Part shown: piece after piece, positions 27,654-38,900 of the stretch
Numbering within the stretch: the stretch's first letter is position 1
How the letters are laid out: every line of letters starts with the position of its first letter
NCBI GenBank assembly: GCA_963736115.1
Contig: CAVTNR010000014.1
Span: 64,001-128,000 of the forward strand
Reading direction: 5' to 3'
DNA from: an uncultured bacterium
Lineage (GTDB): Bacteria; Zhuqueibacterota; QNDG01; DTFT01
DNA: 64,000 nt
Made by a program: the position numbers and the translations under genes
Notes under the pieces: model-generated
What the model saw: the letters and a program-made list of their open reading frames with translations, nothing else
What the model was told of the DNA's origin: nothing
Databases searched by the model: none

Positions 27654-28568
27654 ATGAGAAACAAAATCATTATTCTTATATCCACCTGTATTTACCTTTT
27701 TCAAACAGGTTGTGTTGAGGATCCTCTTTCATCGATCTTTCATTTCGACAACTCGGACAATCGGGTTCTTTTTTACGCGATTTCCATTGAGAATAATCGG
27801 GATATCGGCATTTATATCATGGATCCGGACAGTCTGAATGCCGAATTGATCATTCAGGGAGCATACAGTTACCCGATCTGGCAGGACACTAAAGACAAGA
27901 TCGCGTATCAGGACCTAACCGATTGTTCAGTTGAAATCAGGTCTTTGAATGACAGAAACAGTCCCCCACTGGAGTGCATCCCTTACAACCAAAATTTCCT
28001 TTTTATGCGTCATTCAATCCTTTTGGGTTCATACCTGTTTTCATCTCAAATCGGGGGCGGATCTAAAATCGTGATCATGAATGATGAAGGAGATTCCTGC
28101 AGGACGATCAGCCAGTCGAATTATTTCGAAGGAAATCCCGTAACAAGCGCATTCGGATCCCGGATTTATTTTTCGAGGGAAGTGAATGGATTTGACGGCA
28201 TATTCAGGATGGATCGTAACGGTGAAAATGTCGGTGAAATCCTGTCGTGCAGGGCAAATCTAAACACGTTTTCAGTCAGTTATGACGGCAGTCTCATCGT
28301 CTCGCCCCGGTACGTCGACGACGAAGGCGATATCATCGTATTCGATCTGGAATCCAATCAGATACTGCATGAAATATTCCCGTCTGTCCCGGGGATCCCG
28401 CTGTACACATCCTTTTCATCGGACAACCGGACCGTTTATTTCGTTAATGGATTTCCGAACGATTACTCCAAACCCAGAAATTTATACCGGGTTGATATCG
28501 ACGGCTCGAATCTGGAGCAACTGACGCATTTTACGGACAGGATGGTCAGCCGTCCGCTGGCTTGGTAA
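27654..28568 (+). CDS. TolB-like beta-propeller lipoprotein
   Basis: GGAGG RBS; signal peptide ending TGC; IYIMDPDS, IFRMDRNG, LYRVDIDGSNLEQLT. Confidence 0.8.
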   Translation: MRNKIIILISTCIYLFQTGCVEDPLSSIFHFDNSDNRVLFYAISIENNRDIGIYIMDPDSLNAELIIQGAYSYPIWQDTKDKIAYQDLTDCSVEIRSLNDRNSPPLECIPYNQNFLFMRHSILLGSYLFSSQIGGGSKIVIMNDEGDSCRTISQSNYFEGNPVTSAFGSRIYFSREVNGFDGIFRMDRNGENVGEILSCRANLNTFSVSYDGSLIVSPRYVDDEGDIIVFDLESNQILHEIFPSVPGIPLYTSFSSDNRTVYFVNGFPNDYSKPRNLYRVDIDGSNLEQLTHFTDRMVSRPLAW

Positions 28569-28570
28569 CG

Positions 28571-28607
28571 GAACGCTCCGGGAGGTTCGGAATCTCCCGG
28601 AGCGTTC
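28571..28607. terminator. Hairpin between convergent genes
   Basis: GAACGCTCCGGGAG / CTCCCGGAGCGTTC. Confidence 0.6.
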
Positions 28608-31170
28608 ATGCTATTTCCACACACTCCATATCTATTCCCATCCAATCCCTCTTGTCCGGCAAATGGAACGCCCCTTTCAGAAAATCCTCGACGGAAAACT
28701 TGATGCCTGCCTTCAATTCGATTATCCAAGTCCCATCGTTTGGCGGCCTTGAAACAGTCAGCGACTCCAGTATCTTTTTCTTTAGGGCCGGTGCCGAGAA
28801 CGTGAATGTCTGGTTTCCGTCCGACGGGCCTGTGCGGGTGGCAGCCAGGCCTTTCGACCGAAAATATTCCGAAGCCTCGAACGGGAAAGGGGAGAGGATG
28901 CGGAAGCGGAAGGCTGCGGGCTCATCCTGAACCTCCCCCATTAAAACTCCAGTACTCCCCAGAAGGCGGTTGACATTAGCCAGCTTATCCGCATCAGTTA
29001 ACAAGCCTCTGAGCACCGGCAACCCCTCCGGCCTCCACCTGAGCGTCAGAATATCCTCCCCCCACAGCCAGGCCGGATTTTCCCTGGACTGCCAGAAGGA
29101 TCCTGCAAATCCGAAATAATGGGAGATCAGTGATGCGTCCGTAAGCATCAAAGTGGAGGACATCGCGGATGCCAGAACATTCCGGTCCACGCCTCGGAAA
29201 TTCCGGCTTGCGCGGACGGACAGACGGACTTCGATAATGGATTTTCGAACAGCGGTCACACGTTGTGCCAGATCTTCAGCGAATCGGCCGGAGATAGGAG
29301 AACGTTCCGGATGGGGAAGGTCAGGGCAGGCTGCGCAATCGCCGCAGGATCCGTCAGGAGAATCCGGACGGCCGCAGGGACGCATCTCGATGAAGTCCCG
29401 GTTTTTCTCCCATCTGGCAACGAGGGAATCGTATGAAATTCCGGTTTCGACGACGCGCCACGGTTTGTTCCGTCCTTCGTCCGTGGAATGACCTTTCAGA
29501 AGGGAATTCGGATCTATGCCTGCGGCTGTCAGGCGTGCTCTGAATTCGGAAACAAATCGCGCCGGAACGCTTCGGAAATACAGCCGTTCCGTTTCAAGCG
29601 CGGTCGACTTCAGTATCTCCCCGATTCGACTGTCTCCGGGACGGACGAGAACCTGGGAAAGCCAGTATTCCTCAGGTGATGCGGACTCCCTGAATTCGAA
29701 ACCTTTCAAAGTCACAGATCGGCTTATCCGTCGGAGCACTTCCGAAATCGTTTCCATGGATGGGGCGTCCTCGAATTCAAGAGGGGTCCATGGAAACCGG
29801 ACCAGCGGCGTGACTGAGAATTGCACGCCCGGACTGCGGCCTGTTTTCGTCTGAATCGAACGGAGCCGGTTCAGCAGGGCTTCGAATTCCGTGTAATCGT
29901 CCTCCGATTCAAGACCGGGCGCGATCAGGAAAATCTTGAGGCTGCGCAGGGGGACTTTATGGATTTCTAAAAGGCTGGAGTAAAGCTGTTCATCGTCGAT
30001 CTGCTTGTTCAGGTAGCGCCGGAGGCGTCCGGAAATGCCCTCCAGCCCGCAGGTCAGGTTTGATTTACCGACAGCGTGGAGAAGGGGGGCAAGGCCGGAG
30101 TCGGATGCGAAACGGTCGAACCGCTGGCTCTTCAGCCGCACCCGGTCGAAACGATCGGCAGCGCGGCCGATCAGGCCTGCAAACCGGCTATGGGCGTTGA
30201 AATTGAAAGCCGCGAGTTCGATTTGGGACAGCCCTATTCCGGCCTTGAGCCCGTCCATTTCACGGAACAGATATTCTTCAGGATATTCCCCATAGGGTTT
30301 CAAGGCCCAGCTTTCAGCGCAGAACGAGCAGGACGAGGGGCATCCGGAGCTGATCCACAGCGGCGCGCAACCGGCCTGGGATTCTCCGGGAAGCACAGGC
30401 GCGGATGCGGCTGTCGTGACACCGTCCGTTTCCCGTAAAAGTGAAGTCGGCCGGCCGACTGTCGTACGGCGCAGGTGATCCGGTTGAATGAAACCATCTA
30501 CGGATTCCAGGGATTCGAGTATTTCCCTCTTGGAGAGACCCTTTTCCGTACCTTCCCGGCACATCCGGAATACGTCAGCCACAGGCCCGGTTCCGTTACC
30601 GATGAACACACCGTCCACAAGCGGGTCCGCGTTCCAGAAAACGGACGTATGCAGGCTATTGGCGCCCCCGAGAATGACAAGAGGCACGTCCGGCCGGGGC
30701 AGGCGTTCGGATTTGGATAGAGGGATGCCGCTCCTGGTCATCAGAACCGGAAGGTTGATCAATTCCTGAACGCAGGAGTTGGAGACAGCAAGAAGGTTAA
30801 AATCCAATGGACCGCGTTTTGAGGATATGCCCAGCCACCAGGGAAGACCTGCCTGTTTGAATGTCGGAAGGTCATTGGGCGGCGGGAGGAAGGCCAGATC
30901 AGGAAAAGTCGAAGGATCGGACGCGGCGATTGCGTATAAAAGCCTGTGCGTCCATGAATCCACAGAATCATAATAGGAGGAAAGTCGGGCGATGAGCAGG
31001 CGGAAAGGCCGGTCCCGCATTGCCGAAGGAGGCAGGAGGTTCCATCCGCAGCCTCTCAGCCAGACGCCCCCGCCGGTCAGGCGGTGACCGTTTGTTTCAT
31101 ACCAAGGGGTGAAGTCCATGAGTGTCCGGTTAAATGAATTTGGCCCGGGTTGGATACTCCGGGCCATCAA
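28606..31170 (-). CDS. Large radical SAM protein (TIGR03960-like uncharacterised group); start may be a downstream ATG
   Basis: CPSSCSFC; N-terminal GIPL…R…PLVILGG…DGVFIG; later C-x9-CGDCAAC cluster. Confidence 0.8.
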   Translation of the reverse strand: MMARSIQPGPNSFNRTLMDFTPWYETNGHRLTGGGVWLRGCGWNLLPPSAMRDRPFRLLIARLSSYYDSVDSWTHRLLYAIAASDPSTFPDLAFLPPPNDLPTFKQAGLPWWLGISSKRGPLDFNLLAVSNSCVQELINLPVLMTRSGIPLSKSERLPRPDVPLVILGGANSLHTSVFWNADPLVDGVFIGNGTGPVADVFRMCREGTEKGLSKREILESLESVDGFIQPDHLRRTTVGRPTSLLRETDGVTTAASAPVLPGESQAGCAPLWISSGCPSSCSFCAESWALKPYGEYPEEYLFREMDGLKAGIGLSQIELAAFNFNAHSRFAGLIGRAADRFDRVRLKSQRFDRFASDSGLAPLLHAVGKSNLTCGLEGISGRLRRYLNKQIDDEQLYSSLLEIHKVPLRSLKIFLIAPGLESEDDYTEFEALLNRLRSIQTKTGRSPGVQFSVTPLVRFPWTPLEFEDAPSMETISEVLRRISRSVTLKGFEFRESASPEEYWLSQVLVRPGDSRIGEILKSTALETERLYFRSVPARFVSEFRARLTAAGIDPNSLLKGHSTDEGRNKPWRVVETGISYDSLVARWEKNRDFIEMRPCGRPDSPDGSCGDCAACPDLPHPERSPISGRFAEDLAQRVTAVRKSIIEVRLSVRASRNFRGVDRNVLASAMSSTLMLTDASLISHYFGFAGSFWQSRENPAWLWGEDILTLRWRPEGLPVLRGLLTDADKLANVNRLLGSTGVLMGEVQDEPAAFRFRILSPFPFEASEYFRSKGLAATRTGPSDGNQTFTFSAPALKKKILESLTVSRPPNDGTWIIELKAGIKFSVEDFLKGAFHLPDKRDWMGIDMECVEIA

Positions 31171-31182
31171 GTCAAAGGTTTA

Positions 31183-31680
31183 TCACGGGGACGGATTACC
31201 GGTAGGCCCGTGCCGACGTCCAATCCGCAATCCGATTTCCATAACCACACACAGCCCGACCCAGACTGGAGCGAACGCGACAATATCTCCAGCCCAGAAC
31301 AGGCCGAATCCGAAATCATGATACGAGAAGGGGAAGAGCCAGAAATTATTGCCCGTTACCTGCTTCTGAAAACAGTCCAGGAGAAAGTGGAAAAGCCCCC
31401 CTGCAACCAGAAAGCGGAACGCCGTTGGCTGGAAAGGTTTCTCGAAACGCGAAGCCAGAAGCCCTGAAGCGGCCAGAAGCCCGGCCGGTGTGTGGAAAGC
31501 GACCACCCAGTCGTGCACACCCGGGAAGAGGATGTACAGGGGGCGGCTGAGAATGTCCGGCAGGATGACGCCGAGAAAGAACAGCATGCGTTTCGAAGCG
31601 TCGTCCCTGGAGGGCTTCAGGATCTCAACCGGCCGGCGGATCAGGTAACCGATGGCCGCGTGCGTGACCAGATCAGGCAC
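31183..31680 (-). CDS. YdjM-like membrane metal-dependent hydrolase
   Basis: MPDLVTH, GVILPD, FHTP, HFLLD, LFPFS. Confidence 0.8.
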   Translation of the reverse strand: MPDLVTHAAIGYLIRRPVEILKPSRDDASKRMLFFLGVILPDILSRPLYILFPGVHDWVVAFHTPAGLLAASGLLASRFEKPFQPTAFRFLVAGGLFHFLLDCFQKQVTGNNFWLFPFSYHDFGFGLFWAGDIVAFAPVWVGLCVVMEIGLRIGRRHGPTGNPSP

Positions 31681-32119
31681 GGATCCTCCTGTAAAACGTC
31701 CTATCCCGGAAATCGAAGCGGAACCGGATCAGGAAGAGGAGAACGATCAAAGCCGCAGGGATCAGGGAAATGATCATTTTCTCCCTGCGACCCCGGGCGA
31801 CGACGATGCGTGCGGCTTCCAGTGATCCGTCCTCGCGCAGGACCGCCTTCAGTCCAGTGTATTCACCGGATTTCAGTCCGGTTGTGTCCGCATGGACGAA
31901 AACGGGTTTCTCCCCTCGCTGGAGCAGGGTGAACCCGTCCGGTCCGATCGGACCGATCATCGGCTCCCGGAAGGACTCGATCACGCGCCCCCTGCAGCGG
32001 CCCGGATCCCGCACGCATTCCCTGTAGGAAATCCATGGATGATGCAGCCTGCCGTAAACGGACAGGCCCGCGAGCAGTAGAATCCAATATCGTGTCGATC
32101 CGAATCGGAAGTTTCTCAA
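31673..32119 (-). CDS. Hypothetical membrane-anchored protein (OB-fold-like)
   Basis: N- and C-terminal TM segments; overlaps the next gene by 8 nt. Confidence 0.6.
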   Translation of the reverse strand: MRNFRFGSTRYWILLLAGLSVYGRLHHPWISYRECVRDPGRCRGRVIESFREPMIGPIGPDGFTLLQRGEKPVFVHADTTGLKSGEYTGLKAVLREDGSLEAARIVVARGRREKMIISLIPAALIVLLFLIRFRFDFRDRTFYRRIRA

Positions 32120-32200
32120 GCCGTCTCTCCGGCTGTGATGTTTATCGTTTTCATGCCTGATAATATAGGACGTTTACGGGGCGGAAGCAATGCTTTTCCG

Positions 32201-32229
32201 TTGACATTGGGACGAAAAACGTTTATTTT
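32201..32229 (+). promoter_or_regulatory. sigma70 promoter
   Basis: TTGACA-N17-TATTTT. Confidence 0.65.
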
Positions 32230-32262
32230 GAATATCCGGCCACGCATGCACAAGAGGTCACA

Positions 32263-32742
32263 ATGAAAATCGGCATTCTTTCTGATTCCCACGACAACCT
32301 TCCTGCCATTGCCAAGGCAGTGAGCATATTCAACGACATGGAGGTCACCCATGTTCTGCACGCGGGCGATCTCGTGTCGCCGTTCACGTCCATACCCCTG
32401 AAGACGCTCAACATGGAATTCACGGCCGTGTTCGGCAACAACGACGGCGAAAAAGTGGGATTGTCCAACGTGTTCCGCGGCCGCATTCACCGGGCCCCGT
32501 ATGCCCTTGAAATCGGGGGGAAGAAGATACTCCTGATGCACGAGCCGGACGCTCTCGAAGCCCTGGTCGCGAGCGGGCATTATGACGCCGTGATCTACGG
32601 TCACACCCATGAGCCCGTCATACGGCGAGGCAAGACTCTGGTGATCAACCCGGGCGAGTCCTGCGGCTGGCTCAAGGGAGACCGCACCATTGCTGTATGG
32701 GATATAACGTCGGGGGATGCAGGGATTATGCCGCTGGCTTGA
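32263..32742 (+). CDS. YfcE/MJ0936-family metallophosphoesterase
   Basis: SDSHDN, HAGD, GNND, YGHTH, INPGE. Confidence 0.93.
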   Translation: MKIGILSDSHDNLPAIAKAVSIFNDMEVTHVLHAGDLVSPFTSIPLKTLNMEFTAVFGNNDGEKVGLSNVFRGRIHRAPYALEIGGKKILLMHEPDALEALVASGHYDAVIYGHTHEPVIRRGKTLVINPGESCGWLKGDRTIAVWDITSGDAGIMPLA

Positions 32743-32749
32743 GGAAAAA

Positions 32750-32839
32750 AGTTCATAGTTGATAGTTCATGGTTCATAGAAAAAGAGAATCCGTTTATCC
32801 GACCCCATTTTATTAACCATGAACCATGAACCATGAACT
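32750..32839. repeat. Inverted heptamer-array element B
   Basis: GTTCATA/GTTGATA/GTTCATG array, AGAAAAAGAG, short spacer, CATGAAC array. Confidence 0.85.
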
Positions 32840-32844
32840 AAAGT

Positions 32845-32875
32845 AAAGCCCCCGGCTCCACGCCGAGGGCTTTTT
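32845..32875. terminator. Bidirectional terminator
   Basis: AAAGCCC-CCGGC…GCCG-AGGGCTTTTT between convergent genes. Confidence 0.6.
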
Positions 32876-32914
32876 GTTTTCAGGAAATCCAACCGAACGA
32901 AATATCCCGTCCGT

Positions 32915-35900
32915 TCACCTCACCAGCATCATCCGCTGCACCTTTTTCCATCCTTCAGCTTCTATGACCGCGAAGTACAGGCCTGAGGCCTCCCCGTCGG
33001 TGCGCCAGGCGACCTCGAACACGCCGGCGGCCTGGCGGCCGTCCACGAGCGTGGCCACCACCTGGCCCCGCAGGTTCAGGACGCGAAGCCGCACGGGACC
33101 GGGCCTGGGCAGACCGTATCGGATCGTGGTCTGCGGGTTGAACGGATTGGGGTAATTGCCGTACAGGGTGTAGCGGTCCGGAGGCGCTCCGATGCGCTCG
33201 GCATCCACGCCCGTGCCCAGAATGCGGATGTACAGCGTATCCGAGGCGGTCAGGCCGCCCCGGTCGCGTACCGTGAAAAGCACCCTGAAGTTTTTGTCGA
33301 CATTGAAGCCCAGGAAGGTCGCGGTGCCGGTTTTCTGGTGGATGGAGATGCCCACGCGCACGGAATCCAGAAGCCGCGAGGTCCAGAACAGGGACGTATC
33401 CGGATCGTCCGGATCCGTGATGTAATCGTTGAGAACCAATTGCCATTGCAGTGTCTCGGACAACCCGAACGAGGGATCCGGGAACGGCATGACGAACCTC
33501 GGCGGATCATTCACTGGACGGATCAGGACCGTGACCAAGAGGGTGTCGGAGAGACTGCCGTCGTTCACGATCACTGAAAAGGTCGCGGTCGGCGGGACGT
33601 TCACGGGAACGCCCGAAAGCATGGGTCCGGATGCGGTCAGCCAGGCAGGGACATCCGTGAAGCGTATCGAATAGTGAGGGCCGTCCACGTCGAATGCGGT
33701 CGCGGTGTATGAAAAAACCTGGTTCTCGAAGGCCTCGGCCGTGTCCGGGGACGTGACGCGGGGCGGATCATTGACCGGTTGGACCCGGATGAAAACACGC
33801 ATTGAATCGGACGCGTTCCGGCTGTCCGTCACAGCCAGTACGAAGCAGGTATCCACCGCGTTTTCGGGGATCATGCCCGTTGCCGTGCTGTCCGAGGCCC
33901 TGAGCCAGGAGGGAAGGCGGTGGAAAGTGAAACGGAACGTGTCCGCTTCCGGATCCGATGCGCGGGCCGTGTAGATGAAACGGACATCCTCGACAGCCGT
34001 GACAGTGTCCGGGCACGCGAACACCGGCGGGTCATTGACCGGCGTGACCGTCACGGTGACGATGCGTTCGGATGCCAGGCTGCCGTCTGACGCGACGATT
34101 TTGAAGGTGAACGTGACCGGTCCGTTCTCTGGCGGTGTTCCGGAAACAACGGCTCCGGCATGGTTCAGCCAGGCAGGATGGTCGACGAAATCCCAGACAA
34201 TGGATGTGCCTTCGGGATCCGTTCCTGCAGCTGTGTAGGAAAAGATCTGATGCTCCACGGCCGCGGCCGTGGCCGGAGAGGTGATCACCGGGGCATCATT
34301 GACCAGCGTGACCGTCACGGTGACCGTGCGTTCGGCTGACAGTGCGCCGTCCGATGCGACGATTTTAAATGTGAAGGACGCAGGCACGCCTTCAGGCGGA
34401 GTCCCGGAAAGAACCGCTCCTGTATGGCTCAGCCAGGCTGGATGGTCCGTGAAATCCCAGGCAATGGCCGTTCCTTCGGGGTCCGTTCCTGCCGCGGTGT
34501 ATGAGAAGGCCTGATGCTCGGTTGCCGCGGCCGTGGCGGCCGAGGTGACGACCGGCGGATCATTGACAGCCGTGACGGTTACGGTGACGACACGTTCAGC
34601 CGCGAGTGCGCCGTCCGATGCGACGATCTTGAAGGTGAACGTGACAGGCCCGTTTTCAGGCGGGGTTCCGGAAATGACGGCTCCGGCGTGGCTCAGCCAG
34701 GCGGGATGGTCGACAAAATCCCAGACAATGGCTGTGCCTTCGGGATCCGTCGCGGCCGCGGTGTAGGAGAAGGCCTGATGCTCGGTCGCAGCGGCCGTGG
34801 CGGGCGAAGTGATGACCGGAGCATCATTGACCCGGGTGACGTTTACCGTGACCGTGCGTTCGGATGCCAGTGCGCCGTCCGACGCGACGATTTTAAAGGT
34901 GAACGACGCGGGGACACCTTCAGGCGGTGTCCCGGAAATGATCGCGCCTGTGTGGCTCAGCCACGCGGGATGGTCCACGAAATCCCAGACAATGGCCGTG
35001 CCTTCGGGATCCGTCGCGGCCGCGGTGTAGGAGAAGGCCTGATGCTCGGTTGCCGCGGCCGTGGCCGGGGACGAGATGACCGGTGGATCATTGACCCGGG
35101 TGACGTTTACAGTGACCGTTCGTTCGGCTGCCAGTGCGCCGTCCGAGGCGACGATTTTGAATGTGAAGGATGCGGGGACGCCTTCAGGCGGTGTTCCCGA
35201 AATGACGGCTCCGGTGTGGCTCAGCCAGGCGGGATGGTCCACGAAATCCCAGACAATGGCCGTGCCCTCGGGATCCGTTGCGGCCGCGGTGTAGGAGAAG
35301 GCCTGATGCTCGGTTGCCGCGGCCGTGGCCGGGGAAGAGATGACCGGCGGATCATTGACCGGCGTGACGTTCACGGTGACGACTTTGGAACTGGTCACGA
35401 ATCCGTCCGTGACATTGATCCGGAATGTGTGACCGCCGCCGGCGCCCTCTCCCGGCGTGCCGCTGATCACCGCTCCAGTGAAAGACATCCAGGCCGGATA
35501 GTCCTGGAACGAGAACGTGAGCGCGTCGCCGTCCTCATCCACGGCTGTGGCCGTGTATGTGAATGTCTGGTGCTCGATCGCGGCCGCGGTGGCGCCCGAC
35601 GTGATCACGGGCGCCTCATTGACCTGGTTCACGAGAACCGACACCTGTTTGGTGTCCGTCAGTGTTCCGTCGCTCGCGATCAGTGTGAATGTGCCGTTGG
35701 GCGTGCCATTGGCGGGTGTGCCCGAAACCTGATTGGGGCCCGAAACGGCGAGCCAGGCGGGCAGGTTGCGGAATTCAAATGTGACCGGGTCGTTTTCCGG
35801 ATCGGATGCGGTCGCCGTATAGGTGAAAAGGACTTTTTCCGTGGCGATCGCGCCGAGCGGCGATGTGATGACAGGCGCGTCGTTGACCTGCTGGACTGTC

Positions 35901-38900
35901 ACAGTCACGTTCCGCGTGGATGTGAAAATGCCGTCGGAGACGCTGATGGTGAAGGACCCGCTGTGGTCCTGCTCGCCCGGCGTGCCGGAAACGGTCGCGC
36001 CCGCGGACGTGAGCCATGGAGAAGCGTTCAGGATCTGGAAGGTGAGGACATCCCCGTCCGCGTCGGTCGCGGTCGCCGTATAGGAGAAGGGCGCGTCCTC
36101 GGTCGCCGAGGCCGTTGCCGGGGACGTGATCTGCGGGGCGCTGATCTGAACCGTGAAGGTCCATTCAGCGGAAGTGCGGACGTTTCCCGCGACATCGTAG
36201 GCCAGGACCTTCCAATTATGCGTCCCGTTCGCCAGCGCGTCCGTCAGCGTGAGCGTCGTGTCGGTGAGCCCGAGGAATCCGACCTTGAGGACGCCGTCGA
36301 GGTAGAATTCGAATTTCCAGAATTGGGACCGGCTGTCCGAAGTGGAATGCCAGCGGTAGGACGGCTTGTTGGTGTGTACGGTGCTCCCGGCCGCGGGCGC
36401 GATCAGGGTGAAAGGGGCCGGCGGCGTGGCGTCGCTGTTGAACCCCCACTGGGCCGAGTTCTCCCCGTTTCCCGCCCGGTCCAGAGCCCGGACGAACCAT
36501 GTGTGACTGCCGTCCGCGAGCGGAGCCGTCAGCGTGGCGGTGGTTCCCGTGATGCCCGAGACCTGAACCGACCCGTCTACATAGAGCTGATAGGACTGGA
36601 TGCCGGAGCGGGCATCCGTGGCCGCGTTCCAGGTGAAGGTCGGCAGGGCCTGATTCACCCAGTTCCCGTTGGCCGGCGAGACCGGCACGGGCGCGGTGGG
36701 CTTGGTCGCATCCACGCCGATGATACGGGCCGCAGTCGAGGTTCTGACGTTGCCCGCATTATCGAAGGCGCGGACGCTCCAGGTATACGACCCCTCCGCC
36801 AGGGCCTGGGCGTCCGTGAGCGTCACCGATGTCGAAGACGGCGGAATATTGTCCACCCGTACGGCGCCGTTCACGATCAGCTGATGCTTGGCAAGCCCGC
36901 TGCCCGCGTCGGACGAAGCGGCCCAGGTTAAAACCGGCGTGGTATCCGCGGTCCACGCTTCGTTCGCGGGTGACACGAGCGTGAAGGCCGCGGGCTTCAC
37001 CGAATCGGCCTTGACCGTCCAGGTCTGGGTGGATTTCCGGACATTCCCCGCGTTGTCCACGGCATTGACGTACCAGGTGTGGGTTCCCATGGTCAGGGCG
37101 ACGGAAGACGTGGATGTCGTACCGGACGGGATGTTGTCCAGTTTGAGCAAATTGTCCACGAACAGCTGGTATTTGCCGAGGCCGGCAATGCCCACGTCGG
37201 TCGTGGCCTGCCATTGAAAGACCGGATTGGCCGTCACGACCCACTGATTGTCCGCCGGGGCCGTCAGACTGAACGCATTCGGCGCGCTCTGGTCGTCCGA
37301 CGTGTTGATGCGCCAGGTCTGGCTTGCTGTCCGGACATTCCCGGCCACGTCCACGGCCTTGATGGTCCAGGTATGGAGTCCGTTCGACAGCTTCTGGCCC
37401 TCCGTGAGCGTGCTGGAGGTGGTCGTCAGGTTGTCCAACAGCAGATTCGAGTCCACCCACAGCTCATAATGGAATCCGCCGGAGAGGTTGTCCGAGGTGG
37501 CCTGCCATGTGAAGGTCGGCGTCGGGTCGTCCGACGCGTTGTCCGCGGGAGAGACCAGGTTGAACGCGGCGGGCGGCGTTGAGTCGATGATGAACAGCGG
37601 CGAGAGGAATTCGTCCGCGACCAGCCCCTTGTCGTTGACCGCCTGGATCTTCAGGCGGACATTCTCGCTGTTCACGGTGGAGGGTGTCCAGGACAGGCTG
37701 ACGGCCGACTTGGATACGTTCGTGTTCACGGTCACGGGATAGTTGTCCCCGGGCGTGACCGAAGCCTTCACCGCCAGGTGATGGAACAGGCCGGACGTGA
37801 ACCGGTTGGTCCATGTGATCGTGTGGGCCTGGTCGCCCCGCCACCGTTCGCCCGCGGCTGGAGCGGTGAAGGCGATCACGTCGTTGACCAGCAGTCCATA
37901 AACATCCGCTTTTCCGGCGGTCCGGCCGTCCTGCCACACCGTGATCATTCCGCCGGAACCGTCGGACACGGCGGTCTGGTTCTGCTGGCTGCCGGTCCGG
38001 GTGACGATCGGGAGGCCCCGGTCGCCCCACTGGCGGGCGCCGTTTCCGTTGATCCGCTGGGCGAAGAGTTCGATGTCGGATCCGGTTTCATTGTCGTTCC
38101 AGACGACGATCGCGCCCTGGGATCCGTCGGGCACGGCCTCGGGCGAGTATTGGAGCCCGGCGGACGCGTTGACTACCACGCCGTCCGCGGTCCACTGGAC
38201 GGCGCCGGCCGCGCTTACGCGCTGGGCGTAAATATCGTATCCCGTCCGGTTGTCGCACCACGTCACGACCGCGCCGCCCAGACCGTCCCCCGTGATCCGG
38301 CTGGTATACTGCGCGTTCACGGCCGCGCACACGGCGACGCCGTTTCCGGTCCAGCCCAGGCCTCCGGATACGTCCACGGCCTGCGTATAGATATCCGAAG
38401 ATGCGCCCCTGGAATCATCCCAGCAGACGACCCATCGTGTGCCGGACAACGCGATGCGGGGCGTCATCTGGTTTCCGGCCGCGTCGCAGAGGACTTTTCC
38501 GTTGGAAACGAAAACAGCGGAACCGGAGGCATTGATGCGTTGAACGTAGATGTCGTAATTTGTCAGGGACTGCCGGTTGTCCTGCCAGACAATCATCACT
38601 CCGCCCGCGTTGTCCAATGTGACGCTGTGCGAGGACTGGGAGTTGACGGCCGTGCACACGGCCACGTCATTGGCGTCCCATTGTTTGACGCCGGACGCGT
38701 TCATGCGCTGGGCGTAGAGGTCAGGCGATGAACCGTTGCGTTTGTCCTGCCAGACGACGATCACGCCGCCGGCCCCGTCCGATTCGGCCCTGGGCTGGGA
38801 CTGCTCGCCGGTCTTGTTGCAGAGGGATATCCCATCCGTTCCCCACAGTTTCGCGCCGGAGGAATCGAGACGCTGGATGAACAGATCGCCTGAGAGCGTG

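Noticed and set aside
28563-28607. Fifth attC (TGGTAAC complements GTTACCA at 24747)
   Set aside because: TGG-TAA is just Trp-stop; the following hairpin is perfect and short and lacks a spaced terminal GTTRRRY and extrahelical bases
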